Shown: positions 62,215 to 64,000 of the stretch, piece by piece
Layout of the letters: the number at the start of each line of letters is the position of its first letter
Numbering within the stretch: position 1 is the first letter of the stretch
DNA from: Mustelus asterias
Lineage: Eukaryota
Reading direction: 5' to 3'
DNA: 64,000 bases
Assembly (NCBI RefSeq): GCF_964213995.1
Contig: NW_027590120.1
Coordinates: 1,612,001-1,676,000, forward strand
Notes under the pieces: model-generated
The model's input: the letters and a program-made list of their open reading frames with translations, nothing else
The model's database searches: none
Told to the model about the DNA's origin: nothing
Made by a program: the position numbers and the translations under genes

Positions 62215-63150
62215 AGGCAGGGATGGGGTCTCGCTGCCTCGCCGCATGCACAGTGGGTTAGGGAGGGTGTCCCTCAGTCTCTCTGCATGCACAGTGAGGT
62301 AGGGAGGGTGGGCGTGCTTCCTCTCTACATGCACAGCTGTGTAGGGAGGGTGTCCCTCTGCCTCTCTACATGCACAGTGGTGTAGGGAGGGGGTCTCGCT
62401 GCCTCTCTGCATGCACAGTGGGGTGGGGAGGGGGTCTCGCTGCCTCTCTGCATACACAGTGGGGCAGGGAGGGTTCCTCGCTGCCTCTCTGCATGCACAG
62501 TGGGTTAGGGAGGGGGTCTCTCTGCCTCTCTGCATGCACAGTGGGGTGGGGAGGGGGTCTCGCTGCCTCTCTGCATCCACAGTGGGGCAGGGAGGGGGTC
62601 TCGCTGCCTCTCCGCATGCACAGTGGGTTATGGAGGCGGTCTCGCTGCCTCTCTGCATGCACAGTGGGGTAGGGAGGGGGTCTCGCTGCCTCTCTTCATG
62701 CACAGTGGGGTAGGGAGAGGGCCTCGCTGCCTCTCTGTATGCACAGTGGCGTAGGGAGGGGGCCTCGCTGCCTCTCTTCATGCACAGTGGGGTAGGGAGA
62801 GGGCCTCGCTGCCTCTCTGTATGCACAGTGGCGTAGGGAGGGGGCATCGCTGCCTCTCTGCATGCAAAGTGGTGTAGGGGGAGGGTCTGCTGCCTCTCTG
62901 CATACACAGTGGGGTAGGGAGGGGGTTTCGCTGCCTCTCTGCATGCACAGTGGGGTAGGACGGGGGTTCACGCTGCCTCTGTGAATGCACAGTGGGTTAG
63001 GGAGGGGAGCCTCGCTGCTTCTCTGCTGCACAGTGGGGTAGGAAGGGGGTGTTGCTGCGTCTGCATGCACAGTAGGTTAGGGAGCGGGATCTCGCTGCCT
63101 CTCTGCATGCACAGTGGGGTAGGGAGGGGGTCTCGCTGCCTGTCTGCATG
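62215..63150. repeat. 41-bp G-rich minisatellite, about 23 copies
   Basis: Consensus GCATGCACAGTGGGGTAGGGAGGGGGTCTCGCTGCCTCTCT with period 41 (for example 62409, 62450, 62491). Confidence 0.95.
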
Positions 63151-63269
63151 TAATTGGTGTGGGGGAAGAGTAGATGATTGGTCCGGGATATGGCGAAGCG
63201 GGGGCCCTATATCCGGTCGGGGGCTGCTCGCGAAGAGCTGCGGCCCCAGACTATCTGGATCGTCATGGA

Positions 63270-64000
63270 GGGACCAGGACAGGTTGTTGGTGATCTGGAC
63301 CCATACAAACTTGATGCTCTCGACCATTTCAACTTCATCCCAATGTTTAGACAGGGGCATGTACTTCACTCTGCTTCCTGAAGTCGATGACTATCTCCTT
63401 TGCTTTGTTGGCATTCGGGAAGAGATTATTGTGGTCGCACCAGTTCACCAGATTCTCTAGCTCTTCCCTGTCCTCGAACTCATTGTTGTTTGAGATCAGA
63501 CCCACTGGTGTCATCAGCAAACTTGGAAATCGAGTTGGAGGGGAATTTGGCCACACAGTCATCGGCGTATAAGGAGTCTAGTAAGGGGCTGAGGGCACAG
63601 CCTTGTGGGGCACCGCTGTTGAGGATGATTGTGGAGGAGGTGTTGTTGACTGTCCTTATTTATTGCTGTCTGCGTGTCAGGAAGTTCCGGATCAAATTGC
63701 AGGGGCAGGAGCCGAACCCCAGGACACGGAATTTGGACATGAGTTTCGCAGGAATAATGATGAAAAAGGCTGAGCTGAAGTCAATAAACACGAGTCTGTG
63801 TTCCAGGGTTCACTGTAGGGCCAGGGAGATGGCGTCTGTGGACCTGTTGTGGCAGTAGGTGAACTATAGTGGATCCAGGCAATCTGGGAGGCTGGATTTG
63901 ATTTATTCCATGACTAATCTCTGATGCATTTCATAATATTGAATGTTAGAGTCACCGGACGATAGTCATTAAGGCAGGCTGCTTGGCTTTTCTTTGGTAT
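63270..64000 (-). mobile_element. Rex1/Babar-like LINE fragment
   Basis: Homologous to 32340-32960 (NLVNWCDHNNL..N..K.KEIVIDFRK and VESIKF..VQITNNLSW). Confidence 0.82.

Noticed and set aside
61719-63460. Long Pro/Cys-rich ORFs and a CRISPR-like appearance of the repeat
   Set aside because: The ORFs are products of the stop-poor 41-bp minisatellite. The units are contiguous with no unique spacers, there are no cas genes, and the DNA is vertebrate.

Overview
This is eukaryotic genomic DNA from a cartilaginous fish, most likely a shark. The basis is shark-type IgM exons, HE1-type SINEs and CR1/HER1-type LINEs. The window is repeat-rich and mixes antigen-receptor, GPCR and tRNA sequences. (1) A minus-strand IgM heavy-chain cluster pseudogene has a leader, a VH stub of about 41 nt cut by a Penelope-like element, a 5'-truncated CH1, open CH2 and CH3, a CH4/secretory exon with stops, and an altered TM1. 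Most of V, all D/J and the start of CH1 are missing. (2) Three unrearranged TCR alpha/delta-type V segments carry 23-bp-spacer RSSs. Two are clear pseudogenes, and one is open but has Arg in place of the conserved Trp. A degenerate NAR-TCR-like V 3' end with an unusually long germline CDR3 is also present. (3) One intact two-exon GPR139/GPR142-like class A GPCR gene (323 aa) is present, plus exon 1 of a second paralogue. (4) A decayed tRNA cluster (Val, Ile, Asn, Glu, Gln, Pro, Arg) includes a tandem array of tRNA-Gln triads. (5) Many CR1, Rex-Babar-like, Penelope-like and SINE copies are scattered throughout, along with a 41-bp G-rich minisatellite carrying about 19 perfect RSS heptamers. I see no proven new system. 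The best leads are the V-less IgM relic, the Ig/TCR/NAR-TCR/GPCR/tRNA mosaic and the heptamer minisatellite. Family assignments come from remembered motifs, and no database search was run.
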